Source of the DNA: Tubiluchus corallicola
Lineage: Eukaryota; Animalia; Priapulida
Assembly (NCBI GenBank): GCA_030141605.1
Contig: JAQGDQ010000817.1
Span: 28,520 to 92,519 of the forward strand
Length of the DNA stretch: 64,000 bases
Direction of reading: 5' to 3'
Positions within the stretch are counted from its first letter, which is position 1. Each line of letters opens with the position of its first letter. The position numbers and the translations under genes are program-made. Positions 26,466-38,720 of this stretch are shown one piece after another. The notes under the pieces were generated by a model. That model was given only the letters and a program-made list of their open reading frames with translations, searched no databases and was not told the DNA's origin.

Positions 26466-29400
26466 TGTCTGTTCGAAATCTTGGTTGGAAAACTGAGGTG
26501 TCATCTACCGAGCGAATTAATTATTAAAATTGGTAGGAAAAAGAAAATTCCACGTGTCTATTAAAATCATTAAAACGGTTAGTGAACCAATATATTGCTG
26601 TATTAGGTCAAATAGGATGATGTTCATAACTTAGCAAAGGACACCAGAAAGAAAAACTCGCATATTTTTATTGTGGATCAAAGTTATTTATATTAAAATG
26701 TAATGCGTTTGTTTTGGTATAGGTTTGTTAGTCGTTCTTCGAGTTTCTCTCTACAAACAACTCTGCACGTTCTTTATATTTGTTACAAGCAATATGTGAA
26801 TAAAACCAATAGTGAAATAAATCTCTAAAATGAAATGCATTAAGCTGAAATGAAACTTCACACCTAGATCGCTCATATCTGGTATCTTCAACAGTAACGT
26901 AAAAGTGCATTTCATTATCTCTATCCTTACTTATGTTTGACAAAAAGTATGCGTGTAACCTACCGCCATGTACCAAAATAACTGATTAAAATAGCGTACC
27001 CAAAAAAGGACTAATAAGCCTATGTTTTATATTTTCGGGTGTTGTAAGTGGTCTGATAAGCTTTATTTTTGCGTGTTTTATTAGTTTTATATTTGTGGTT
27101 TACCAATATCATCGTATCTGTTGTATTTTTAGCATGAATCGATAACCTTGATTACTTTTAAATTAGCGGATATTGTTGATTTAACAGCGCTTATAATCAA
27201 TATTCTTCAAAATTTCTTCAAATTATTGATCGTTTGTGTGACGATGTAGTCTAAGTTCCGTTATTGTAAATAGGTGGTTCGTGACTTAAGTGTAGCCCTT
27301 AGGTAAAGAATAAAACACTTAGTCGAAAACACTGAGAAGGAACCACTGAATTAATAAAATAATATAACAATTTAATGAATATTTCAAAACACATTACAAG
27401 ACAAATGTTAATAGTAAAGATTAAGCCGGCTAAGAAGAGAAAGAACAACGTAATGTTTTTCACCAGTCCAGTCTTGGCATCATCAAGCGACTATTCTCCT
27501 GCTCCCATTCCGCGGCATCTCCTCACCAGGGGCTTGATCGAGGAATGGTGCACCATAGAACGGTTGACTACACTACCTCTTCATGGATCTGATTACGTGG
27601 ACGACGTCTCCGAACTTTGACGACTCCTGGTGACGTCCTCGCCTTCACTTAAATGACGCCAAAATAGAATAGCCTTCAAGCTCCTGCACTCGTCACAAGG
27701 TAAGGATTACCAATTTCGTAATCAGAGCATGGAAGCACCAAGGACAGTATCATCAACGTCAGGTAAATACGGGTAAGTATCATCAGCAGCATATATCATC
27801 GACAGCTGGTAAGTACAATCCTTAATACGTTATGTATCATCAGTGTCAGGAAAATGTAATCAGCAACAGGTAAGTATCATCGCTGGAATGCAACTATCGT
27901 CTCTGTCGTAACTATGTAGACAGATCGCTTTTCTACAAGCAAGCACCGTTACTACTAAACCATCATTTTATGACATGAGAACGTCCGCCTAACTCGACAA
28001 CTTAAAGCGGAATACCTGGGCGAACTGAACAGCCAAAATTTCGTCTACGTGGCTTCAATCGCATGATATAGTAGTAATGCATAAACAGTATCATTGAATG
28101 TACAGGTGAAATCTGATTTCAGAACAGGTTGGCTTCTGTCATTATACCGTTAAACATCTTAACTAAACTTCTTTTATAAAAAATTGACAATAATTAATGG
28201 TAGAGTTATAACAGTAGGAACTAACTCACATAACCTGGCCTAAAATAAGCCTGAGCGTCACAGTTTGGTTTTCATTACATGAATAATTTTGTATTTTTAT
28301 TTAACCAATATTTACTTGTAAACGGGTTTATCGAGAGTCAATTATGTTTTGGAAAAAATAATTCAATTTGAAGATAAAATAATTGTTTTTTGGGTTAAGC
28401 AAACTATACATAGGTATTATGATGTTCATGATCTTTACTTCTGTAAAGCTCGAGAAATCGCACTTACTTAACTGCAGTGCTTTTCCAGAAACTATTACTA
28501 CTTATACAACTGAAAAAATAATTTCAATTGTGTTAGACTTTGCTTTTGGAGAGGGTAATTTGAAACTGGAGGGGGATACTTCTAATCTAGTTTTAAGATG
28601 CCCCTTTAAATCTAGTTTATATATGCCTGCTGTAACTTAAGACTGGGTCTGAATTTCCGGGGGAGGTATAACGAATGAGAATGTATTCAAACCGCGCTCT
28701 GCATGATTAAATAATCAGCTTTCATAACTACAAAGATGCTTTATATGCTAGGTCTATCACAGCGGGAACCTCTTCGTGGCTTTCCCATTATTAACAACAG
28801 TGCAAATACCATGTATATACATAGACCACGCTTTGCCTCATCTATTTCACGTTGTTTTTACTCTGCCAAGGGCAGTAGGAAACTTTCACGTTGAAGTTGT
28901 GACGAAAGACATGAGAGACGATTGCGGAATGGCAGCTGTCAATGTATACCTGTTCGTTTAAAGAAACAACAGGATAACTAAATATTGAACTTACAGAAAA
29001 CCAGGTAATTTGCCCTTGATTTCTACATTAAAATTGGAAAAATATAAATTGCCGATAATATGTGTTCTTTTATTTTGAGTTTTCTTTTATTGTGCGGTAT
29101 ATGAATGCGTCCTTCAAAAATTTTAAGGTATGAAGCGAAGTAAATGAGCTTAAAGTTTTTGGAATACATGGGAGTCTTCTAGGTTATGTAAGTACTCAAC
29201 AAATTATAAATTAGTGCATGAGAATACCATATGATACCATATGTTTTATTATTTTTGCAAGAACGCTGTGTTATATTTACGTTAAATTTTTCTTAGCCAT
29301 TTAAGTTTATACATATAGCTTTAATTTAAGCTGTTTTCTTGTTTGCTTTTTGTTTTGCTTTGCTTTGAGCTGATTTATGATTTTTGTTTGCCTTTTGTTT

Positions 29401-30844
29401 TACCGTTGGATCGTTAGATCTAAGATATTTACGCTTTGATAGTTTTTTGCTTTTCCAATAGCGCCTATTAAAAAATTCTGTTCTTAAAAAAGGAGTAGCT
29501 GAGTTAGTGACCAATTGGTCTTTCGCTGCTCCTACTCACATATTATTGAAATTTTCTACTTCTATAATATTATCATGCGAAACGAATGTTGAGGAAATAA
29601 AATTGATTGAATTGAATTGGATTGTTCTGCAGCTAATGGTAATATAATCAGGATATTGTTTAGTTCTCGTGTGAATTATTTCAGTAACAAATTTGGATTC
29701 GTGTTTTTTGTAACACAAAAGTATTTGTCATTTGCCAGAAACACTAGGTTATATACTCTGTATTCCATTAATTGCTAGTGATGGAAATAAAATTTTTGCA
29801 ACTTACCACTGTGATCTTGATCAATTTATCTATTGAAGCTAGATTTTAATAACAAGAATAATGATGAACATAGAAGACAATGATAACATAATAAGTGAAA
29901 AACAGCTGTAAAAACAGCACAGCATCAGTGAAATTTCGATCACAACTCACTAATGTAGTGATACGGGTGAACACATAACTCGGATCCCAACATGAGTAAC
30001 ATAACCATGATGTGGATATAAATAATAACAATGCGGTTTATTAATAAAATATAATAAACGTAGCATATATACAAGCGCGACAACAAGGATGATGAGTTCT
30101 GCAGCCACCACCGGATTGGGTGTGTGACTAACTCTTAAATACTTGCGTGACGTCATACTAACGTCACGTGTTTTGGGAAGGTGTTCTCACTACACTGATT
30201 TAATTTTCAGTTTTCTTTGCAGCCAACTCCGTTCATCTAGTAGCAAACTCTTACTCAATAATTGAGATTTTTTAAATATACATTCAAAGTGTTTTCTTCT
30301 GCTACCACGCTTATTCTAGAGCAGAGGCACAAAATTATTGTATGTCTATAGGCGTACACATAGAAAAGAGCGTGGTAGATAACTTGGAAATTTAAAATCG
30401 CTGCAGCATATAATCTCATTATGATGATGATGAAGCCAAGTTTGATGCCAATAAATATCTTTTGAAGCGTAGACTTTGTCACTAAATTGCTATTTAAATC
30501 GTGTTATAATTTCTATTAATTTTAATAATTCTGTAAAAACAGTGAGGGGCTTTTAAAACACTAGAAGGGTGTTGTCTTCTTATAATGTGCATGATACAAC
30601 AATAATAATGACGCATAATAACGTTCCAGATTTCAGCGCGGGGTATCCAGAAATTATGTATATTGGCTTCAATACAGTTCCCGCCTCTAACTAGGTCAGT
30701 TCCTAGAGAAATATGGTTTAGTTTTTTGTTTGTCAGGTGAACTCTTTCTGAACAAAATAAAAAAATTTGGAATGCAAATTCCATGTCTAAAGATGATTTT
30801 CTGGCTTTGCATCGGAATCTAAAATCTTACAACAATGGTTTCAA

Positions 30845-30890
30845 ATCCAGGGATTGAACCAGCGACCTTCAAATGTAGGACGTAAAAGTA
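30845..30890 (-). mobile_element. tRNA-derived SINE head fragment
   Basis: Minus strand reads ggtcgctggttcaatccctgg (B-box/T-arm); no full cloverleaf. Confidence 0.4.
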
Positions 30891-33326
30891 TAAAAGCACA
30901 TGGTGGTAAATTAATTGAAAATGCAAGACACAGCGTTTCTTAAATAGGGCCTAACGCCAAAGATATTCAAAATCCAGTACCCAATGGATTCTGCTTTTTG
31001 ATGATAGGAGTAGAAAAACATCAAAGAATCAATTATAACCTCTGCTTCTTTTAACCTCGTCATCATGTATAGGAATTACTAGAAGTACAATACAGTAATA
31101 ATGTAAACATTTTCTTTTACTTTAGCCGGTCTAATTTTGGCACGTGCTTTGAGAAATATTTTAAAATGAATGTGAAACTCATGTTTGTTTATGTAGTGTG
31201 AATAAAAGCTATAATAATAAGGAAGAGGCGTTGAAGATGGTGGTCTGTCTTCTTAATAGTAAGGGGAAAGTGATGATGTTACTTCTACCGTTTAATTTTT
31301 GCTTTCGATTCGCGCAAAACTGGGCATGCGACAATGTGACACGGTTTTATGACGTGAGTATGAATGAGGTCTTAATTACTCACAACAGATTTATGTATCC
31401 TATGTAGCCACCATTTTAAATCATTAACTTATTTGTCGGTAAACGATTGACTTTTATTCTGAGTATCCCAGCTGAAGATTGCAGAGTTATAATAATAACA
31501 ATGAAAAACGTATTGCCACACAATATTGCATAAATGACTTGATGGCAAACTCTTCAACAGTTTTCAAAGTGGTGGCGTAAGTCTTGAGCGCTTACATGCA
31601 TATTTGCAGAAAAGTCTCATTAAACTCACTGGTTACAAAAAGCGGAAGTAAACTTTCGGTTGACCTGAGGGTTCTTTCGGCAAATTCTAGGCTAAATCTC
31701 CGACTTTTCTCTTGGCATCGACACTTCAAACGAGTTCATGTATTGAATTCCTACGTGACTTCTGAAAGGAACACAACTGCTTATTCCATTTTTAAATTTT
31801 GAATTTTTATAGATCAATATCAATTTTAGACAACGAGACCTTGGGGAATTAAATAACTGCCGATGAAACCAACATCAAGTTTTCAATAAACTCGTATCTC
31901 GTCTAACACGGCTGATAAGTAAGGTAGGTATTTGCTTCACACTCGAACTAAATGTTTTTAACTTCTCCATGAAAAATAGAGCTAGGCACAATCACCGGAA
32001 ACGTAGATTTAGCAGTGCTGTAATTTATAGTTTATCTAATTAGTGGTTCTGGTTCATAGCTGTTTTCTAGGCAGCATGGAGTTTGAGTGATTCACGAATA
32101 AATAACGAAATAAACGTCACCACTCAGTGCTTGAGGAGTAGCTGCTTTAAACACAGCATTCCTATATTGTACCAAAATGTAAGTAAGACACGGAAAATCA
32201 TCATTGGAGCATTCATTACCAGGTGTACTGTAGTGCTGTTTGCACTACAGAACTAAACTAGCATATGATTCAAAAATATATCTGATTGTACTGTTACACG
32301 CAGAGAATTGAGTTGTGTGCTACTCTATATTATTGAATGACTCCGACTTATTAATAGTAGTTGCTTCCTTCTTAGTACATTTTGACGATAATTCAAGTCT
32401 AAGTTATTTAATTTACTCGCAGATCACGTTGCTTAAAGACGAACCACATTAACCAGGTCACGCTACCACAATGTATAACAAGCGTTATAAATATATTGTG
32501 AAATCAAACTAAAACCTGTTGCACCTGTCATTACTAAGTGTATCAGAATTGGCTGTTATTATCAAAAAAGGCTAGAAACTAATTTTTTACTAAACAGAAT
32601 AAACCAGAATGAACTGAATTTGTGATTTTTATTCAAGGCGAGAGAGATGTTAAACTGAAGTGTTATAAAGGTGTATGAAGTGAGTTCTGCGGTTAACGAC
32701 ATTTCGCGGAATGAACTATGAAGTATACTGTATGTAGAAATCAGAGACCATATGTAGTCCGTGTTTCGTGTTTATCTAGTCGCTGTGTAGGTCTACACAA
32801 AAGAAAACGTGAAACATTCAGATATCAATGTGTTTTGATTTAAATGATTTACTGGGCAAATGATTACTGCTTGCATTAGTAAGTGCAGTATGTGCATATA
32901 TAATTACTTCATTATGAAATGGAACTACTGTCATTAAGTCAACAAGTTGACTTTATTATTAATAAGATTAGTATTAACAATAATGAAATCAAAATTTCCT
33001 TTAATAGATCAACGAAATTATACGAAATGAAGTGCGACATGACATAAACTGCTCAAACGAGAATAAATTTTAACTTTCACACGATTACTGTGTTTAGTTA
33101 AATGTAAATTTAAGACATCATTAACTATTAAAAGTTAATATGCGCAATACAGTAAGGAAACATGGATTAAAAATTCACATTTAAATCTTTACAGGGTCGT
33201 AAACAGCACCTTTCTCGTAGCTGTAGCCAGCATAAATACATTGTATAATTTCTTATAAAAGTTTTTAGTTTCAGAGTTGTGCCTTATGCGAAGCTGTAAA
33301 TGTTTTGATGAGTTTATTAAAAAACA

Positions 33327-35042
33327 ATGTTACTCTGTCAACAATGGTTGATATTTCTTGCGGTTTACACAGTCATGTTAACCTATGCCAAAAATTCTGA
33401 AGAAAAACATGTAAAAAGTGAACAGACTGCAAAGGTCATGTTGCCAATTCTTGCAAGGAACAAAGCACATACTTTGCCCTATTATTTGGGCTATATCGAT
33501 GAACTGGATTATCCCAAGAACAAAATCGCCCTGTGGATAAGAACTGATCATAATATAGACAACACTTCAGCAATATTACGCGAGTGGATAAGTAAAATTG
33601 AAAGCATGTATCACTCCGTTGATTTCTATTCTGTCAAAGATCCAGAGTCATTCTCAGATGAAGAATCTCCATTCTCTTGGTCGGAATCAAGATTCACTCA
33701 CATTATTAATCTTCGAGAGGAAGCTTTAACAGTAGCGCGAGGTATAGGTGCAGATTATATATTTTTCATTGACTGTGATAACTTTATCGAAAACAGCAAA
33801 ACGCTAAAGATACTTATCAATGCCAATAAGACAATTGTTGCTCCAATGTTGGAATCACGATCTTCTTACTCAAATTTTTGGGCTGCACAAACTTCAATAG
33901 GATATTACAAACGAAATGCAGAATATATGAAAATACGTAAAAAAGTTAAAAGTGACTGTTTTCCAGTTGCAGTGGTCCACTCGACTTTTCTCGTTGACCT
34001 TAAAAATACTTCATCGGTGCGTTTAACGTTCGATAGTGAAAAACTTGGAAACAATTATCATCGAGCACGCGATGATGTTCTCATTTTTGCCCACTCTGCA
34101 CATGTTGCTGGGGTTCAGCAGTTTGTCTGCAATTGCCAAGATTTTGGCCTTCTTACAATTCCGCAAGCTGATATTCAGGCTGACATCCTGGAAATTAATA
34201 ACCTGAAAATAGGTGCAATGGACAAATTTATTGACGAAGAATTATGTTGGAAAATGAATAAGAAACGGTACGATAAAAAAATTTTCGTATCACGATACAT
34301 CTCATCTTCAACGAGAGAGAAAGACTCTTTAGGATTTGACAAAGTTTTTGTGATTAACCTGCAACGACGACCAGAAAGAAAGCAACGCATGGAGGCGATG
34401 TTTAATGCACTTGATGTAGATGCTGAATTTATTGACGCTGTCGATGGGCTTAAGCTAAACAAAAGCTGGCTAGCAGATAATGGAATCAGAGTACTAGAAG
34501 GATATAGAGATCCATTTCTTAACCATTCAATAAAGTTAGGTGAAGTAGCAACAACGATGTCACATCACAAAACTTGGAAAGAGATTATAGACAAAGGCTA
34601 CAGAAAAGCACTGATATTTGAAGATGATGTATTATTTGTCACCAACTACAGACAGAAGTTACGTGAAGTCATGGACGAAGCAGAAAATCTTGATTGGGAG
34701 TTTATCTACTTTGGTGGTGTATTTGTTCACAAGCCACCTAAAAACGTTAAAGATTCAAAGTTCTTTGTGATTCCCGGTTATACGTATTTATCTCATTCCT
34801 ATGCCATCAGCCTTTGTGGGGCCAAAAAATTGGTGCAAGGTAACCCACTGGAAAGAATTGTACCAGTTGATGAATATTTACCAATCATGTACGACAAACA
34901 TCCTAATATTGAATGGAGTTCCAAATTTTCTCCACGAAGTCTGCGTGCATTTGCTACAAAGAAGTGGCTAGTTTATCCTAGTTTGATGTTAGACCATTAC
35001 GTCAGTGACAACTATGGTTCTCCACCGATGAACGAAGCATAG
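33327..35042 (+). CDS. COLGALT1: Procollagen galactosyltransferase (COLGALT/GLT25D, GT25) family, 571 aa, single coding exon
   Basis: Signal peptide; ILARNKAHTLPYYLG..LDYPK, TDHNIDNT, FFIDCDN, YSNFW, GFDKVFVINLQRRPER, FEDD, PVDEYLP. Probable 5'-UTR acceptor at ~33194. Confidence 0.9.
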   Translation: MLLCQQWLIFLAVYTVMLTYAKNSEEKHVKSEQTAKVMLPILARNKAHTLPYYLGYIDELDYPKNKIALWIRTDHNIDNTSAILREWISKIESMYHSVDFYSVKDPESFSDEESPFSWSESRFTHIINLREEALTVARGIGADYIFFIDCDNFIENSKTLKILINANKTIVAPMLESRSSYSNFWAAQTSIGYYKRNAEYMKIRKKVKSDCFPVAVVHSTFLVDLKNTSSVRLTFDSEKLGNNYHRARDDVLIFAHSAHVAGVQQFVCNCQDFGLLTIPQADIQADILEINNLKIGAMDKFIDEELCWKMNKKRYDKKIFVSRYISSSTREKDSLGFDKVFVINLQRRPERKQRMEAMFNALDVDAEFIDAVDGLKLNKSWLADNGIRVLEGYRDPFLNHSIKLGEVATTMSHHKTWKEIIDKGYRKALIFEDDVLFVTNYRQKLREVMDEAENLDWEFIYFGGVFVHKPPKNVKDSKFFVIPGYTYLSHSYAISLCGAKKLVQGNPLERIVPVDEYLPIMYDKHPNIEWSSKFSPRSLRAFATKKWLVYPSLMLDHYVSDNYGSPPMNEA

Positions 35043-35051
35043 TTAGAAAAT

Positions 35052-35177
35052 ACTGGCGGAGGTTTTTATTATCTTATCCCATATTGTAGCCAACAACATT
35101 AAACAACAAACAAAGAAACAAACAAACGCCCAGACAAACAAACGGCGTTGAAAATGTAACCTCCTTAGCAGAGGAAA
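35052..35177 (-). mobile_element. Helentron/DINE-1-like non-autonomous element remnant
   Basis: Ends aaaatgtaacctccttagcagagg with an internal (AAAC)n tract and a ggcggaggt subterminal motif. Confidence 0.45.
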
Positions 35178-36850
35178 AAATAATTAAGATAATTATCCTT
35201 AATACTAACCCTAACCCTAACTTACACTTTATTAAGTGTGCCATTTTGCCTACTTTTCCATCCGTGCCTTTTTACCGTGTCATTTTTACCGTGCATGCCA
35301 CTTTAAAAGACATTGCGGCAACATATATTGTATCTGTTTATGTAAAAATTTTGAAAGATTTATTAAGGGTAAATTCATAGTCAGCTATAATAATGGTATT
35401 CGAAAGTTGTTCAATTTGAGATGCGATTGCAGTGCTTCCCAGATGTGTAAGCCTATGTAGGTTTGTCCCTACCACACTTTTCATATTCGCAAAAGATCTT
35501 GTTATATGTAGTCAACTTTCTAAAATAGTAAGTGCTAATACATATATTCTAGCAAATTTGTATTTCCCAAATATTTCACATTTTCTGATAGGTACTTGCT
35601 TTGTAGGTAATAGATTGCCCAAACGTGTGATTTCATCAATATACTATATTTATTTTTTTCTATGTCGTATCAACTGATATTAACTCAATTTTAATTCATT
35701 TTTATTTTACTAGCATTGTATGTATGTTACTTTTAATGGTCTGGTTTCCGAATAAACTAAGGAATGGTTGAATTAATGAATAATCAAGAATGTGCAAAAT
35801 GAATGTAGCATTAGCTGTGCTGTACATCAGATTGTGGTCGCGTCTGGCCGAGTTTGAACATAAAGGAAAAACGGCCAACAACCGAAACTCGAATCTTGAT
35901 CAAATTCCTCCTGATGACTCCGTGTGCGGTTGCGCTATGAATGATATAAATGACGTGAGTTGGTTTGACAAGCTTGTAGTTCTTTTGATTATGTAGTCAA
36001 ATTGCACGTCCAGACAATCTAAATGTTAATAACTATATTGGAGTAGGAGTGTGAAGCAAGTTCTGGGTTTAAGTGCAAGTTATTTGTCAATTCGCTGGTC
36101 AGGATTTTATTCACAACTTTTGATCATTCTAGATATCTGTCTACGTAAGCTTACTGTTTTCACTTGTGCATTAGATGATCATTGCTGTAAAATTGTTGTT
36201 GGCTGTCAATCCCAACAGTTTCACACCTATAAGTTTATATGTCATGCTCTGCATGACTAGGAGCCGTACCAAAAACGACGAACGGCCTCAAAATGTCATC
36301 GTGTATTTCAGAATTTTACAACATCTTGTAATAATTGTTTTTTACACCTAGGCTTGCCGAAAAAACCGCTGATTCTTTTTGGAAGTTGTGGGATCTCTTC
36401 TTTTGTTCTTTTCTGTTTTCCTTTTTCTTATTTATTTTTTATTTTTTCCTGCTTTTTTTTATTTTTTTCCTTTTTGTTTCTGTCTTTTCTTATTGTATTC
36501 GTATTTTACTAGCAACAGCTTACTCATTCAGCTCTTAGTTAATTATTTATCAGCTAGTGACAGTCAGCTCAAACACACTGTTTGTAAATGAGATTGCTAA
36601 TGTCACCAGCATTATTGTTACTTTCATGATAATCATAATCTGCGCAGTTTAGTACAAGAGTTAAATTTCTAATTACAATTCTTCAAAAGTTATGTGATTA
36701 AAAAAATCCGAATAGCAGAGTTTCATTTTTACTCAACTTTTTATGTACGTGCACAATTCTATGTGCTTTTGATTTTTCTGTTGTACACATGATTTTTCTT
36801 TTAAAACAATGATTTTTTGGCAGAAGGCTGTTTTTCTCTGAAACAGAGCC

Positions 36851-37570
36851 TTAAGTCTCTCACACTGGGTAACCCAGCGGGGCCTGAGGACCAAAACACA
36901 GCTATGCATATATCTCTTTTGGTTTAAAGGTCTACATTATATAATTTATTGTATGAACACTCATTGAATGCTGTTTAGGCCACAGATAAAATACAACCAT
37001 GAAATACTTATTTCTGTAACACGATTTATTCTATATTTCGTGGTCCGATTTCACAATACTATCGTCTCGCATCCTGGAACTAGCGGTCTAAAAGCAATCC
37101 AAAAATGTTCTTTTATTAGTTATAAAATTTAGAAATGGTGTGTAATAAATACAAAACGACTCGTGTGTTCACTCCTTTCCAGTTGCTACCTCAGAAAACC
37201 CTCGTCCTAGAAACTCGTGTTTTCATAATGACCAGCAGGTTCGTGGCAAAGCGTGGATTTGATAAACACAGTCTGGTACTTTTACTATACGTCTGTATAG
37301 GTCTGTAAATCTGTTCGGTGGGGGCCTCGGGTCCCATCTTTGCTATACTCCATCTAACGGCATACCTGAGGTTCCAAATATTGGCACCCATATATATTTC
37401 TTGGGACCTGAAAAATGTCTGTAAGCCTGTGAGGTGGGCATGAGACCCCTTAACCCCTTCAGTCAATGCCAGGACAAAACTCACCAAGTAAAAATAAGTC
37501 CTTAGACTTCACCTTATAGTTCTTGCACTATTCTGAGGTCTCAGGCCCTGACACTAGATGCAAAGGCTAA
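36851..37570. mobile_element. piggyBac-like MITE (degenerate)
   Basis: TTAA/CTAA flanks; subterminal inverted motifs gggcctgaggacc and ggtctcaggccc. Confidence 0.4.
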
Positions 37571-37583
37571 GAATACAAAATTT

Positions 37584-38242
37584 AATGTTGGGATACACTG
37601 AATTTGCTAAAGATATGATTGCACCCAACCTGTGGCACTATAGCTTTATGTGTCTTGCATACTAGTGTTAACAATCATTTAAACAATAAAAAGAAAAACG
37701 TGAAAACGAACTGAAACAAATTTAGATTCAAAATTTTTCATTCGGATTTTTAATTAATACAATCTGTTAGTTAGTACAAAACAAGAAAAAACTCTTGCTG
37801 GTGATGTAAATACGTGAATGCAAGTTTTGAGAAGAACAAAACGCCATGGAAGACCAGGAACCTCAAACCCCTTCTTAGACAAGATCTGTATTATTCTGGG
37901 ACCTAAAGTACCATTAAATACATAGCATAGTTTGAGATCTTACGCCCTGGTGTTGGAAGTAAATATGGGGCAGGCTTGCATTCATGTATTTACATTACCA
38001 TAGACAATTTTTTTCTAGTTTTGTACTAACTGTCTGATGGTATAAATTAAAAAGAATCTACATGTAATTTGTATGAATCTAAATCTGACTCTGGACGTTT
38101 TCATTTTTTCTTTTCTTGGTTAATTCGTTGTTCTTTTATTTCTCACACTTGTTACAGTCATACTACATGTAGTAAGAAAGATGCGTTCTAGCAACTAAGC
38201 GCACAGGGGTCAAAATCACGTGACTTCAGTGTATCCAACATT
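37584..38242. mobile_element. Foldback/MITE with ~240-bp imperfect inverted arms
   Basis: aatgttgggatacactgaa pairs with ttcagtgtatccaacatt; inner gttagtacaaaac...tggtgatgtaaatacgtgaatgcaag pairs with cttgcattcatgtatttacattacca...gttttgtactaac. Confidence 0.8.
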
Positions 38243-38632
38243 TGCCTAACCAATCCACGCTACTCAGCGTTAAGCACAGAGTCAATCATTAGCCAATGAC
38301 ATCAGTAATTTACACCCTTGCACATCGTGAGCCTCTGATTAAGAGATTAACTTTGGCATTCGCACTTTGCCTTTTTGGCCTAATTGACAAGATAGCACTT
38401 ACAAGCCACACTAACATTAGGTTTTTGAACAAACGTTTTTATATGTGTATTCATGGACACATTTGCAATGTATCACATCTTCACTACAAGGTACTGCCTT
38501 TTGTGTGTTTTTATTTCGAAATAATTCGTTATATTAGTATTATTTCAGTCGGTTTTATATTATATCGATCATGATTAACGTATACAATTAAGAGGTGTTA
38601 TAACTGATTTGATATGATATAAGACCAGGACC

Positions 38633-38648
38633 TATAAAATTATAAAAG
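38633..38648 (+). promoter_or_regulatory. Tandem TATA boxes upstream of the sphingomyelinase start codon
   Basis: TATAAAATTATAAAAG ~75-90 bp before ATG 38721. Confidence 0.5.
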
Positions 38649-38720
38649 ATTTCAAGTTGTGTGTGTATGTGTAGTTTAGCATTTGTTGGAAAAAACTGAC
38701 AAACATTTACTTAAAAGGGC

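Noticed and set aside
27291-27937. Possible solo LTR (TGTAG...CTACA) with internal gtatcatc repeats
   Set aside because: No TSD and boundaries ambiguous; not supportable without a repeat library.
35204-35222. TAACCC telomere-like motifs (also TTAGGG near 9660)
   Set aside because: Only 2-3 units, embedded in MITE-like repeats; not an interstitial telomere.
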